The notes beneath the pieces are model-generated. The model searched no databases. It worked only from the letters and a program-made list of their open reading frames with translations, and was not told the origin of the DNA. From a virus (taxonomy: Duplodnaviria > Caudoviricetes): DNA of 53,579 bases. The stretch spans positions 1 to 53,579 of IMG/VR virus record IMGVR_UViG_3300032086_004496. One strand, 5' to 3'. The translations under genes were made by a program, and so were the position numbers. This document shows, piece by piece, positions 37,526-47,206 of this stretch. Position 1 is the first letter of the stretch; each line of letters opens with the position of its first letter.

Positions 37526-37755
37526 AGTATTACTACTCCTAATAGTATACACATAAAGAGTTGTAGTATTATCATTATGTCTGTTCTTATATTATTATTC
37601 TTTTGTGCCCTTAGGATCGAGTCATATCGGCTCTCAGTTCGCAGCCATCTCTCAGTCATGATAGACATGTCGTAGCGAAGGACACGGACGTTCTGCTCAG
37701 TCTTCTCAGATGAGAATTTCATGTCGGGCACAGTAGCTTCTTCAGTCAGTTTCAT
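37522..37755 (-). CDS. Small protein with C-terminal TM helix
   Basis: GGAGG RBS; hydrophobic C-terminus. Confidence 0.6.
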   Translation of the reverse strand: MKLTEEATVPDMKFSSEKTEQNVRVLRYDMSIMTERWLRTESRYDSILRAQKNNNIRTDIMIILQLFMCILLGVVIL

Positions 37756-37882
37756 CCATATCCTCCAGCTTATCTAAGAACCAATCATAAAATCTAAACA
37801 GGGCTCGGTGAAGAACAATACCAGTGATCATTCCTACTACACCAATGCCTACTCCTTGTAAGAACATTTCTAATGCGCTCAT
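37742..37882 (-). CDS. 46-aa single-TM peptide
   Basis: MSALEMFLQGVGIGVVGMITGIVLH...; TGATG overlap with the upstream gene. Confidence 0.5.
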   Translation of the reverse strand: MSALEMFLQGVGIGVVGMITGIVLHRALFRFYDWFLDKLEDMDETD

Positions 37883-38262
37883 CAAAATTCCTCACAGGTT
37901 GGATGCTCAGGATCACAAGGCAAATTCTCTCTCCAGAAGTCATTCTCAGCAGGGTTTAGAAGAATATAACTTTGAACTCTTTGGTACTCTTGTTCGTCCC
38001 CAGCGATAACCAAATCTTGGTCAGAAACGACACCAAAAACATATTTGCAGACATCCACAGCAGTGGCTGCATTCTTCTGTACTTGCTTAGAAATCATACC
38101 AGGTCGAGAGCGTTTCAAGAACAGAGCAACCTTACAATAACGATTGAACTGAGTCATCTGTTTCTGATGTAAGCTTACACGCTCGCAACACTTTCTAGGG
38201 TCTGGATTAGTGGTAGCACATGCCATCCCCAGTGTTAGTAAAGGTAATAGTAACTTATACAA
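37882..38262 (-). CDS. Putative lipoprotein
   Basis: LLTLGMAC lipobox; Cys-rich. Confidence 0.6.
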   Translation of the reverse strand: MYKLLLPLLTLGMACATTNPDPRKCCERVSLHQKQMTQFNRYCKVALFLKRSRPGMISKQVQKNAATAVDVCKYVFGVVSDQDLVIAGDEQEYQRVQSYILLNPAENDFWRENLPCDPEHPTCEEF

Positions 38263-38983
38263 ATTTATCTCCTAGTTTCTTATTCTCAAGATAATTGCGA
38301 ATCTGATCGTTTGATCGTTTGATTTTCTTATTATAATTGAAGATGAAACAATCAATGTTTTGCTTCAGATGTTGGATAAATTCTTTTCCTTTTGCGCCGC
38401 CATGAGCACCCATCACAAACATGTTTTTCTTCTTGCGGTATTCATAGGTCAAGTATTGTTTTCCTTTGATGTCACCCTTTAGGCGGCCAGTATCTAGAAG
38501 CCTCCATTCAGTCTCATTGCAGATGTAATCGATGACGTCCCCAGTCTTGAAGAAGGAATACTCTCCGTTGTCATCATCATAACAAATAACATCTCCCTTG
38601 CGAAGGTATTTGTCCCAAAACTGAGTGTCTCGAAGTGTATCTACTTGCTCTTGAAGAGTATAACCATGGTCAACCTTTGTGCATCCGTATGAGGTCTCCG
38701 AAACAACATAATCGCTAACGGTCAACTCAGGGAGGTTGCCTAGGTGAATCTGAATAGTGTTACCACCTTTCAGTGACACTCCGCCGTTGATATCTTCGCC
38801 AACCCATTCTCTAAGATCCTGCGGCAGACGGCTTTCATTGAACTGGCAATCCGCAGAGGAACCACTCCAGTTTACATCTGCTTGGACGTAGCCAAGCCTG
38901 GCATTGAAGTCAACCTCCCTTTGGTGACCTTTGCGCTTTACCTGTGATGCCTTCTTAGAACTCATTGCGTGAATGCTCATCAT
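38255..38983 (-). CDS. Putative restriction-like endonuclease
   Basis: K..GH.RE..F, SAD and VSLK PD-(D/E)xK-like pattern; ATGA-coupled to the MTase. Confidence 0.5.
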   Translation of the reverse strand: MMSIHAMSSKKASQVKRKGHQREVDFNARLGYVQADVNWSGSSADCQFNESRLPQDLREWVGEDINGGVSLKGGNTIQIHLGNLPELTVSDYVVSETSYGCTKVDHGYTLQEQVDTLRDTQFWDKYLRKGDVICYDDDNGEYSFFKTGDVIDYICNETEWRLLDTGRLKGDIKGKQYLTYEYRKKKNMFVMGAHGGAKGKEFIQHLKQNIDCFIFNYNKKIKRSNDQIRNYLENKKLGDKFV

Positions 38984-39891
38984 CGTTTGTTCCCTTTCTT
39001 AACGATTAGTATTTCATGTGAGTCTTTGACGTGCTTTTTGTTTTCTTCTTTGTCCACTCCTTCTCTATTCTTTCCGATACGAGTCTCTCCTTGTCCCATA
39101 GAATAGAACCACTCTGGATAGTAGAAGTCGAAGTCAGAATAGTAATCTCTGATAGTCTCACAATTATTGTAGGACAACACAAAGTCACCATCATGGCTCA
39201 GCAAAAGATCCCTAAGCTTTTCATGGTCAAACGCAGCATGGTGTACTGGGATGTTTCGCATCGGATAGATGCCAGCGAACATCTTGTTATCCTCTTCCTT
39301 CTTATCCAAGTAGTAAGGAGGATCAAGATACAGGAATTCTCCCTTGGCATCCTTGATGGTGGTTTCAAAATCTTGGTGGAGCACCTGTAGTGAAGGGCAG
39401 CTAAAGTTCTCCACATTCTGGATCATCTTGTTCCAAGGCTTATCTTTCATATAAATCTTAGACGCCCAGCCCAGGAAGCCTGGACCATAGGAACAATTGT
39501 GGTTGAAGTAATAGTATGCCGCAAGTGTCAGGTCATCCAGAGGGATAGGATCTCGCTTGTAGAAGTCAGTCTTCCAGTGTTCTAGCATACTCTGGACTTG
39601 TGGAGTACACATCAACTCTTCTTTGATTCTTTTATATTCTTCCGTTGTTGGTTGGATCTCTCGCATCTTTGCTGCAACACCCGAAGGATCATCGAGGATC
39701 TTTTGCCAGAAAGTGACCAAGATATCAAAGATGTCAGCACCGATCACTTTGTGTCCGTTGGAAGCCCAGTGGACCTCCAGTGAGCCACCACCGATAAAGG
39801 GCGACACAATAGTCTCGTAGTCCTCAACAAAGGGTGTAATCTTTTTGATTGCACGGCTTTTACCGCCAGCATAACGAAGTACTGTCTTCAT
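38980..39891 (-). CDS. DNA adenine methyltransferase (D12/Dam class)
   Basis: LRYAGGKS, PFIGGGS, YLDPPY, FVLSYN. Confidence 0.92.
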   Translation of the reverse strand: MKTVLRYAGGKSRAIKKITPFVEDYETIVSPFIGGGSLEVHWASNGHKVIGADIFDILVTFWQKILDDPSGVAAKMREIQPTTEEYKRIKEELMCTPQVQSMLEHWKTDFYKRDPIPLDDLTLAAYYYFNHNCSYGPGFLGWASKIYMKDKPWNKMIQNVENFSCPSLQVLHQDFETTIKDAKGEFLYLDPPYYLDKKEEDNKMFAGIYPMRNIPVHHAAFDHEKLRDLLLSHDGDFVLSYNNCETIRDYYSDFDFYYPEWFYSMGQGETRIGKNREGVDKEENKKHVKDSHEILIVKKGNKR

Positions 39892-39908
39892 CTCTTTTCC
39901 TCATAGGT

Positions 39909-39937
39909 ATGTTACCACGGAGACCCGTGTACGTCAA
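39909..39937 (-). promoter_or_regulatory. Early-type sigma70-like promoter
   Basis: TTGACG-N17-TAACAT with TG extension. Confidence 0.6.
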
Positions 39938-39960
39938 ATTATTTGTATATAAAAATTGAT

Positions 39961-40308
39961 TCAGGACTTCTTCTTCGGCAGATTTGGTCTGATCCAGCGG
40001 GAGAAGATAAAGTAGCCAGCATCCACGAAATTCCTAACCACAGGGAGTCGTGAGAATGCTACTGCTCGTTTGAATCCCATCTTCTCATATAGCCTTCTAA
40101 ATGTTTCAGCGCCGACTGTGATGTCCTCGGAGAACTCACCGACCATCTCTGTCTCAAAGTCATTCCATACTTTGTTTTTACTCTGCTTGAATTCTTCTGA
40201 GCTAATATCTACGAACTCAATCCCACAGGCTTCACCACGTTTTCTAATTGTGTTGATCTCTAGAGAGCAAACGTAGCAACTCTCGTCGTAGTATACTTTG
40301 TCTTTCAT
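39961..40308 (-). CDS. DCC1/DUF393-like thiol-disulfide oxidoreductase
   Basis: YYDESCYVC (DxxCxxC), FVDIS, GAETF, Y..F...R. Confidence 0.8.
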   Translation of the reverse strand: MKDKVYYDESCYVCSLEINTIRKRGEACGIEFVDISSEEFKQSKNKVWNDFETEMVGEFSEDITVGAETFRRLYEKMGFKRAVAFSRLPVVRNFVDAGYFIFSRWIRPNLPKKKS

Positions 40309-40674
40309 TTATTCTTCTTCTACCACTGGAACATAGCCAACAACAACTGGGCACTGGTCAGAGTCGTTCTCCCAAACAATGCCGTCATCATTCCAACTCT
40401 CGTCAATGTCGAAGTGCTCTTCAAAATAGACCTCATCGGCTTCGTCTTCGTCGGTGATCTGCCAAGCATCCACTAGGAAATCCTTAGCGCTGGTGTCTGT
40501 CCATTCTAGCCGCCAGAACCTTCCGCCTTCAGGGTATTCACCTCCGTTGGAAATATCTTTCAACTCTCCGTTATCAATCATCTCCTGAAGTCTTGGGTAC
40601 TCTTCTGTATCCAGTACAATAGTTCTTGCTTCTACGATGTGTTTGTCTGTACAGACTTTTACTTTAATTTTCAT
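40309..40674 (-). CDS. Acidic hypothetical protein
   Basis: Start MKIKVK at 40674 with GGAGG RBS. Confidence 0.65.
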   Translation of the reverse strand: MKIKVKVCTDKHIVEARTIVLDTEEYPRLQEMIDNGELKDISNGGEYPEGGRFWRLEWTDTSAKDFLVDAWQITDEDEADEVYFEEHFDIDESWNDDGIVWENDSDQCPVVVGYVPVVEEE

Positions 40675-41083
40675 TTTGTTCCTCCGCTGATTGGAAAGCG
40701 TCTTCTGTATGTTGGTCAAGCTTGATCCCAAGGGACACACGAAAGGGCACGTCTACCTCTGTACCCTTGAAGTTAGATGATTCAATGACCACATCAATAA
40801 ACTCATCGGTTAGTCCTACGATCTCTCCAATAACATCGCCTGGTTCAAAGCGGTGCTCTCCATAGCATTGAAGGTCTTGCCCAAAGAAAGCTCCGTAGGG
40901 ATATTTTTGTGCTGACTCCCAACTGTTTCCACCATGAAGATATTTATTTCTTCGCCAACCTCCTGCTCTCCTGGTGTGCAAGCCTGGGCGTCCTCTCTTG
41001 GCTATTTGGGCGCTTCCACCTCCCTTGTGAAAGTGAAAGATAAATGCGTGTTTCTTTGTTGTTAGCTTGTCGCCGACTTTCAT
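40664..41083 (-). CDS. Hypothetical protein
   Basis: Start MKVGDKL at 41083 with AAGGAG RBS. Confidence 0.65.
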   Translation of the reverse strand: MKVGDKLTTKKHAFIFHFHKGGGSAQIAKRGRPGLHTRRAGGWRRNKYLHGGNSWESAQKYPYGAFFGQDLQCYGEHRFEPGDVIGEIVGLTDEFIDVVIESSNFKGTEVDVPFRVSLGIKLDQHTEDAFQSAEEQNEN

Positions 41084-41084
41084 T

Positions 41085-41756
41085 TTATTCTCCTTCAATA
41101 AAGTCTTTGGCTAGTGGAAAAATTTCAGCAATCACTTTCGCACAAGCGTGAGCGATTTCCATATGTTCTTTTTGGGTGCCGTTGGCTGCTCGCAGTTCAA
41201 TGTAGTGAATCCAAGAGCGGAGTGTTCCATTCATATACAATCGTGTTTTAGTATTGCCTTCAGGTAGCACAACTCTTGCTTGCTCTTTGGCAATCCCGTT
41301 CTCAATCGCCCAGTCATATGTTTCTTTAGCTAGGTCGATCACAGCAGTCTGCCTTGTATTCCACTCTTCTTTGAGAGTATCGTCGTCAATATCGATTGAG
41401 TTCTGTCTGTTCTTTTTATCTTGTAGCCTTGCTTCCCGCAAGATAAACATATCACCCATCTCTTTTGGGTTGGCATACCGCTGACTGAACTCCTGAAAAG
41501 CAAAAGAGCGGTGCCGAACAATCTGGTGGGCGATGTCTCTGGTCGTATTGATTTCCAGGCAAGCATTCACCATCTCAAGTGGCGACCAGTGAGCATGTTT
41601 GATCAGGTATTTGATCAAACGCTCAGAGGTTTCCTTGTTCATTTGGTTGCTGGGGTTACTTACCCTTGCACAATACGCAATCAGTTCCTGAACATCATTA
41701 AGATCAAGCTCAGATCCGTCGGGAACCTGCGAGTATGAAATAAGTCTTACTGTCAA
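41085..41756 (-). CDS. thyX: FAD-dependent thymidylate synthase
   Basis: HWSPLE, RHRSFAFQEFSQRY (RHR-x7-S), EQAR.VLP, TQKEH. Confidence 0.95.
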   Translation of the reverse strand: MTVRLISYSQVPDGSELDLNDVQELIAYCARVSNPSNQMNKETSERLIKYLIKHAHWSPLEMVNACLEINTTRDIAHQIVRHRSFAFQEFSQRYANPKEMGDMFILREARLQDKKNRQNSIDIDDDTLKEEWNTRQTAVIDLAKETYDWAIENGIAKEQARVVLPEGNTKTRLYMNGTLRSWIHYIELRAANGTQKEHMEIAHACAKVIAEIFPLAKDFIEGE

Positions 41757-41962
41757 GTTTGTGATTTCCTAATATTTTCTATGTGTCGATCGAGGTACCA
41801 CTTAGCCTTTTCCAAGTCCTGGATATGTTCTCCCTTGTATGGGGCACGAAGCATGTACTTAATGACATTGCCTACGTGGAAGTTGAGATCCCAGCTTTCG
41901 ATCACATCGATGGCTTCGATTCCCTCATTGTAGTGAACAGGGTGATCAACATTTTTATTCAT
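41753..41962 (-). CDS. DUF3310-family protein
   Basis: VDHPVHYN, IEAID, GNVIKY, DLEKAKWYL. Confidence 0.85.
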   Translation of the reverse strand: MNKNVDHPVHYNEGIEAIDVIESWDLNFHVGNVIKYMLRAPYKGEHIQDLEKAKWYLDRHIENIRKSQT

Positions 41963-42082
41963 TGTTTACCTTCGTACCAGCCAAGAGGAGGATGCCCTTG
42001 TTCTGGAACCATTGTCCCAGGAGCATCCCCCTCTTTAGAAAAACTCTGGCAAGAAGAAACAATGTTCGTGCCAGAATCATCT

Positions 42083-42532
42083 TCATTCTTCTGTGCTCTC
42101 AGCGATCGATAGAACTTCGATATCAAAGTTCAGTTCTTTGCCAGCCATTGGGTGGTTCAGATCGAAAGTAACAACATCATCATTGCTCTCCGTGATCGTT
42201 GCCAAGAACTGCTGTCCTCCTGGTCCCATAAGGGGCACGACTCGACCTTCAGTAAACTCAAAATCCTCTGGGAATAGATTTTTCTCAAGGTCCGTTGTGT
42301 TTTCAGGGTTAGCATCTCCATAAGCCTCATCTGGCGTCAAAGAGATCGACTTTGTCTCACCCTCCTCCATACCATCGAGCGCCTTGTCAAAGCCACTGAT
42401 AAGTTGTCCCGTCCCAACGGTGACGGTCATCGGCTCGCCCTTTGAATAAGAGCTATCAAACTCGGTACCATCATTGAAAGTACCTTTGTAATGGATAGTA
42501 ACAGTGTCCCCACTTTTTACGACGTTAGTCAT
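42083..42532 (-). CDS. FKBP-type peptidyl-prolyl isomerase (SlyD/FkpB-like)
   Basis: IHYKG..DG..FDSS, G.GQLI.GF, PDEAYG, DLNHPMAGK; start 42532. Confidence 0.92.
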   Translation of the reverse strand: MTNVVKSGDTVTIHYKGTFNDGTEFDSSYSKGEPMTVTVGTGQLISGFDKALDGMEEGETKSISLTPDEAYGDANPENTTDLEKNLFPEDFEFTEGRVVPLMGPGGQQFLATITESNDDVVTFDLNHPMAGKELNFDIEVLSIAESTEE

Positions 42533-43043
42533 TTTCTTCCTCCTCGTCAAGGTAAAATTGTTCACAGACATCCACAAATTTACTAATGGAATCCCAAATT
42601 TGATTATCTAGATTGTCTAGATCATATTCTTCAAAACTATCATCATAATGCTTGCCAACATCCTCTGAAGACATGCTGAAGATCGGCTTGTTTTGCAAAA
42701 CCTCACCATCCATAACAGCCACTCCAGTTACAAGAGTTTCATCCTTCTGAATGGTTGTCATAGTGATCAACCTATTCTCAAAGTAAGGGATTCTTTTGCT
42801 AGCTTCTTGGAGCCACTGGATAGGTGCAGCCCATTTCGTTTCCAGAATGATATTTGCTACTTGGTTCCGCTCGTCATACTCATATTCTTCAAGCTCCATC
42901 CAGCCAATGTCGCCCCACATGTCGTAGTTGGGCACAAGCTCAGACAGCAAGTCGCTATCATTTGTCGAGTAGTCAAACCGAAAGAACTCGTCAGCGTCTA
43001 CGCCAAAGTTATGCACCTTAATGAAACTCTTAGTTGTATCCAT
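42525..43043 (-). CDS. Acidic hypothetical protein
   Basis: In a gene chain with GGAGG RBS. Confidence 0.65.
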   Translation of the reverse strand: MDTTKSFIKVHNFGVDADEFFRFDYSTNDSDLLSELVPNYDMWGDIGWMELEEYEYDERNQVANIILETKWAAPIQWLQEASKRIPYFENRLITMTTIQKDETLVTGVAVMDGEVLQNKPIFSMSSEDVGKHYDDSFEEYDLDNLDNQIWDSISKFVDVCEQFYLDEEEEND

Positions 43044-43351
43044 TATTCTTCGTCCTCCGTCAGCACAAGTGAGCCAATTTCATCACTGACCATATGCACC
43101 TGAGACGCCTCAAACTTGTCATGATCATATGGACCAAACATTTCGAAAATGGTCTCGCCTCCTTCTGGTTGAACTTGGTGCATCTTGTATTCCAAAGCAT
43201 CGAGCGCTTGTTCACGCTCAGGAGCACTGCCAGCATTATGTACTTGAAGCATTTCTAGTTCAAGCTCGGGAAAGTCCTTAGTGTCCAACTCAAAAGATGG
43301 GTACTCTCGGATGACCTCATATTTCTCTGCCCAATGGAACTTGAGTTTCAT
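43043..43351 (-). CDS. Acidic hypothetical protein
   Basis: TAATG-coupled. Confidence 0.65.
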   Translation of the reverse strand: MKLKFHWAEKYEVIREYPSFELDTKDFPELELEMLQVHNAGSAPEREQALDALEYKMHQVQPEGGETIFEMFGPYDHDKFEASQVHMVSDEIGSLVLTEDEE

Positions 43352-43352
43352 G

Positions 43353-43532
43353 TTATTCCTTTCCTAGGGTCAATTTGACCAGTTCAGCAGCAGTTGCCTT
43401 CAGGGTTCGCAAACCCTTGCGAGCACGAGTCCCAGCAGCCTTATTGCCAGTGGCATTCTTCTGGACATCTTCCTCCAAAGATTCGACCAGAGCCTTCAAC
43501 TCTTCCCATTTGTTTGTTACATTGTTAGTCAT
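43353..43532 (-). CDS. Histone H1-like (Hc1-family) protein
   Basis: GNKAAGTRARK motif; start 43532 with AAGGAG. Confidence 0.75.
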   Translation of the reverse strand: MTNNVTNKWEELKALVESLEEDVQKNATGNKAAGTRARKGLRTLKATAAELVKLTLGKE

Positions 43533-43542
43533 TGTTTTCTCC

Positions 43543-44286
43543 TTACCTAACAACTGAGAGGGTTTCAAGTCTCTCTAAAGATTTATCACAATACTCTTGG
43601 TCTGTTTCACACCCCATAAAAGACCTGCCCAAGTTATTGGCAGCGATCATGGTTGATCCAGACCCGCTAAAGCAGTCTAGCACAATTTCCCCAGGCTGTG
43701 TATGCGCTTTTATAATTCTTTCCAATAATTTAATTGGTTTTTGTGTTGAGTGCCAGCCAGCGTACTCTTTGCTTGTGGTGTGGTTGTTCTTGATCCACAC
43801 GTCAGTGGGGATTTTACCCAGGGCATTTAGTTCTTTTCCCTTGCGAACGCTCTTTGCCATCTTGTATGGCACACGTACCTCATCAGCATAAAATGGGAAC
43901 TCTTTTCCCTTAGAGTACATCAAGAGGTCCTCATGCTTACGTGGGAATTTCTTTTTAGTTCTACCGCCCCAATCATACGCCCAAATGATCCAGTTTTGAT
44001 AATGAGCATCAGGCATACTGTTCAGAACATTCAGCTTGTAACGCAGGAAAGTATCTTGTTTAGTCGTACCCCAAACGTAGAAGCATTTGCCTGGCTTGAG
44101 CACTCGGAAGCATTCTGCTGTCCACTGGCGGCACCAATTAAGATAATCCTCTTCGGAGTCCCATTGATTATCCCAAGCATCTTTGATAATTTCAAAGTAA
44201 GGGGGATCAACAATAACCAGATCAACAGAATTATCTTCAATTCCGCTCAGGTATTCTAAACAATCACGAACCTGTAGATCAATCAT
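43543..44286 (-). CDS. DNA methyltransferase, N4/N6 beta class
   Basis: VDPPY, HSTQKP..LLERII, LDCFSGSGST. Confidence 0.92.
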   Translation of the reverse strand: MIDLQVRDCLEYLSGIEDNSVDLVIVDPPYFEIIKDAWDNQWDSEEDYLNWCRQWTAECFRVLKPGKCFYVWGTTKQDTFLRYKLNVLNSMPDAHYQNWIIWAYDWGGRTKKKFPRKHEDLLMYSKGKEFPFYADEVRVPYKMAKSVRKGKELNALGKIPTDVWIKNNHTTSKEYAGWHSTQKPIKLLERIIKAHTQPGEIVLDCFSGSGSTMIAANNLGRSFMGCETDQEYCDKSLERLETLSVVR

Positions 44287-44539
44287 CTTGTTCTCTCACT
44301 ACAAGCTCAACATCTGTCGTGTCAGTATCAGTTTCCATCCACACCCTGGCACCACAACTTAGCGGCTTATGGGGACTATAAATAACACGAGCTAGCTCAA
44401 CTCCGTCCTTGGTCCTTACGATAGCCTCGTGAGCATAATCATTCTGCTTATAAGTCTTAACAGTCAGCACGGGTTTGTCAGTCCCGTGCTTCGTGTTAGA
44501 CCTAATCACATGCTGATTCACATGAATAATCTTTTTCAT
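44279..44539 (-). CDS. Phage hypothetical protein
   Basis: IHVNQHVIR..N, YSP.KPLSCGARVW motif. Confidence 0.75.
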   Translation of the reverse strand: MKKIIHVNQHVIRSNTKHGTDKPVLTVKTYKQNDYAHEAIVRTKDGVELARVIYSPHKPLSCGARVWMETDTDTTDVELVVREQDD

Positions 44540-45910
44540 TTAGTTTTCCTTGGTGCCGTACAGGGGTTCCTCTGGTAGACCCAAAAGCGCCTCACGCAAG
44601 GTGCTGGATCGCTTTTGGATGTCATTCTTGGCAGCTAGTTTCGATGCCTTCTTTCCAGAGTAGCGAGCGATCTTCTCGACCTTTGCAACATCATTCTTGT
44701 CAGTCAACTGATCAGGGAACAAGACCTGAGTGACTTGGAAGGGGACACCAGCCTTGTACAGAATTTCGTTGATGTTCTTGACCGCTTCCAGAGCCTGCTT
44801 GCGATCAGCTTTGAGCGACGGAAGGTTTGCTGTGAAGCCTTTTCGCTTGGTATAGATGTCGATGTAGAGGTTGATCTCAGTGCAGCCCTCCTTCTGGTAC
44901 TCACGCAGCTTATCGTAACGACTATTGCTTTCCCAGTTTAGATCCTTGACAAGCCAGTTTGAGATTAGCTCCATGAATTTTGCCGTCATAGGCTCATTCT
45001 TTTCTCGCCAACCTACCTTGCCCATGATAACCTTGCGGTCGCTATCATACCAATCGAGCCAAGTCTTATCCTTCTTCTCGCCAGGCTTCTTGAACTCAGT
45101 ATCCCAACCAGCCTTAGCAAGGCGTCCGATGATGGCATTTTCATCATTCGACTTCTTGACCTTCGTAGAAGCGTCACCTTCCTTATACTTGTTAAGGATC
45201 TTCGTGTGAGTGCCCCCATTATTATTTGGGTACTGGACTGGGTGCCAGATCTTCATCCAGTCCGACAAGACATCAAGAGTCATGGCATCCGATGCGCCCT
45301 TGAGTCCGCCCAAAGTTGGATCAAGCTTGACAGCTTGTCCTAACTGGTTAGCAACGTCATCCATGTTGTACTGCAAGTTCTTGTTAGGCGGATTAGGAGC
45401 AACGGTGCTGCGCAGGCGGCGATAAGCAACCTTATCAGCTTGTACGTAGGACCCGTCGTCAAGCTCTTCCAGCATTTCAGCGTCCAGAACGTAACGAGGA
45501 ATATCCTTCTTGGGGAAAGCTAACTTCCAAGCTTCCAGTCGGTGGTGACCATGGAGAGTCTTTTCCGACTTGTCCGAGATTCGCAGGGTAATGATTGGCT
45601 GGAACAACTTGCCGCAGGACAAAAGGCTATCCTTAAGTACCTGCACCTGCTGCTCATCAACTTCATACTTGCGAACTTGGCTTTCAGTCAACTTATTGGG
45701 ATCGACCTTACCATATTCATTAAAGAACTGACAAAAGATTCCTCGGTCGTCTTCCATCTTGAAGCGCAGCATACAGCCAACTTGTTCACGATTCTCCGCT
45801 AGCGTTGGATCATCGTGTCCTGCCTTGATGGCATCGGCAATTGCCTTCTTGTGATTAGAAAAAAGCTCTCGCCAATCGACGATAGCTGTAGAAAGATTTG
45901 CACCACTCAT
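44540..45910 (-). CDS. ParB/Srx-like N-terminal domain protein
   Basis: QVR...L..SL...G.LFQPII...HGHHRLEA. Confidence 0.6.
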   Translation of the reverse strand: MSGANLSTAIVDWRELFSNHKKAIADAIKAGHDDPTLAENREQVGCMLRFKMEDDRGIFCQFFNEYGKVDPNKLTESQVRKYEVDEQQVQVLKDSLLSCGKLFQPIITLRISDKSEKTLHGHHRLEAWKLAFPKKDIPRYVLDAEMLEELDDGSYVQADKVAYRRLRSTVAPNPPNKNLQYNMDDVANQLGQAVKLDPTLGGLKGASDAMTLDVLSDWMKIWHPVQYPNNNGGTHTKILNKYKEGDASTKVKKSNDENAIIGRLAKAGWDTEFKKPGEKKDKTWLDWYDSDRKVIMGKVGWREKNEPMTAKFMELISNWLVKDLNWESNSRYDKLREYQKEGCTEINLYIDIYTKRKGFTANLPSLKADRKQALEAVKNINEILYKAGVPFQVTQVLFPDQLTDKNDVAKVEKIARYSGKKASKLAAKNDIQKRSSTLREALLGLPEEPLYGTKEN

Positions 45911-45940
45911 ATTTTCTCCTTTACTGAGAGGTTATGTGCT

Positions 45941-45968
45941 ATATTATCAGATTAACACAAGCTGTCAA
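45941..45968 (-). promoter_or_regulatory. Early-type sigma70-like promoter
   Basis: TTGACA-N16-TAATAT. Confidence 0.7.
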
Positions 45969-45974
45969 ATTATT

Positions 45975-46118
45975 TTAACAACTTTCGTCTTCTTTTTTCA
46001 GAGCCTCTTCAAGCTCAGAGATTCTGTAATTGTGCTGTAGGACAAGCTCATACATCATGCCGCAAGCTTCTTCCAGCTTTTCAAAGGCAGCATAAAGCGC
46101 ATCAAATTTTTCATTCAT
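45975..46118 (-). CDS. 47-aa coiled-coil hypothetical protein
   Basis: Manual translation MNEKFDALYAAFEKLEEACG...; fills the gap. Confidence 0.55.
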   Translation of the reverse strand: MNEKFDALYAAFEKLEEACGMMYELVLQHNYRISELEEALKKEDESC

Positions 46119-46425
46119 AGTTCACATCCTTCGGATCTAGATTAAGAAGTTCTTCCTCGTCGATCTTGCCGTCCTCAATCAGATCGTAGATAGAGATTTT
46201 ACTTTCTTTGGGTTTATGATATTTCTCCGTCAGAATGTAGTGAACCATCGTTGGAGAACATTTATAAATGTAGTGTGTTTCTCTGGCAAACCACTTGGAG
46301 ATCTCTCGAACAGACATCTTGCCTTTTTGAGAGCGTATCATCTCAATATGTCGCTTAGTTAGCTTGTGGTTTTTCTTTTTAGCCCGCCTGCGATCTTTGC
46401 GCAGGGGTTTTTTATTTTCGCTCAA
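46111..46425 (-). CDS. Basic HTH-like protein
   Basis: KLT...IE.IR...MSVREISK.F...VHYIL; start uncertain (TTG 46425). Confidence 0.5.
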   Translation of the reverse strand: MSENKKPLRKDRRRAKKKNHKLTKRHIEMIRSQKGKMSVREISKWFARETHYIYKCSPTMVHYILTEKYHKPKESKISIYDLIEDGKIDEEELLNLDPKDVNYE

Positions 46426-46624
46426 AATCTTTGAGACCTTTCTGGAGCAACTGAGAAACCGAAAGACCAGTCGAGACCCAGTCCATCCGAGAGCCACACT
46501 TCGGGCAGTGCGGGCTCGAAAAAACACTGGGATCAAAATAATATTCAAACCCACAAGCTTCTAGCAGTCCATTATTCTGTGGACCCTCTGCACTACACTT
46601 CCAATTTGGTTTTATTTCACTCAT
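46412..46624 (-). CDS. Small zinc-ribbon protein
   Basis: WKC...ACGF...HCPKCGS. Confidence 0.6.
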   Translation of the reverse strand: MSEIKPNWKCSAEGPQNNGLLEACGFEYYFDPSVFSSPHCPKCGSRMDWVSTGLSVSQLLQKGLKDFERK

Positions 46625-46920
46625 AACTTAAACATATACCTCTCTGCCAGTTTGGCTCTACATTTATATTTCTGACCATTGATGATCAGTCCATAATCTA
46701 CTGCTTGCCCTAATTCATTCCTTGTCACTGATTCGATCAGACACCAACAATATCCCATGCTTATTGAATAAGGATTGTAGCGTCTCTCCTCAAGCCTAAA
46801 CTCATGATACCTTTCTTTGAGATAATCTTCTGAATCGTATTTAGAATCGTACTTGACGAGAGTCATGCCACTTTTCAAAACCGAAATATACAGCAGGTCT
46901 CCTGGGGAAAAATCAGCCAT
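46621..46920 (-). CDS. Hypothetical protein
   Basis: FSPGDLLY; coupled chain. Confidence 0.6.
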   Translation of the reverse strand: MADFSPGDLLYISVLKSGMTLVKYDSKYDSEDYLKERYHEFRLEERRYNPYSISMGYCWCLIESVTRNELGQAVDYGLIINGQKYKCRAKLAERYMFKL

Positions 46921-47206
46921 CGTCAGACGGCATTACCGTATGTCCATGACTACGAATCATATTAGCAAACTGATAAAGCTGTGTGCCCATGTCCGCTGCT
47001 AGCTCCGCCGTGGACTCCATCACCTCAGGATCCAGTACTGCTTCAACAGCCTGCTTAGCGCCATAGTCAACTAACTCCTCAACAAACCGCTTCATCTCGG
47101 GAGTAAGATCAGCATACAACCTAGGCATCTCCAGCCCATCCTTCGCCGCATCTGTCACGTACTCTTCATAAATCAAAGTATAATTCACAAGTTGTTTGTT
47201 TGTCAT
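46913..47206 (-). CDS. Hypothetical protein
   Basis: AAGGAGG RBS. Confidence 0.65.
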   Translation of the reverse strand: MTNKQLVNYTLIYEEYVTDAAKDGLEMPRLYADLTPEMKRFVEELVDYGAKQAVEAVLDPEVMESTAELAADMGTQLYQFANMIRSHGHTVMPSDDG

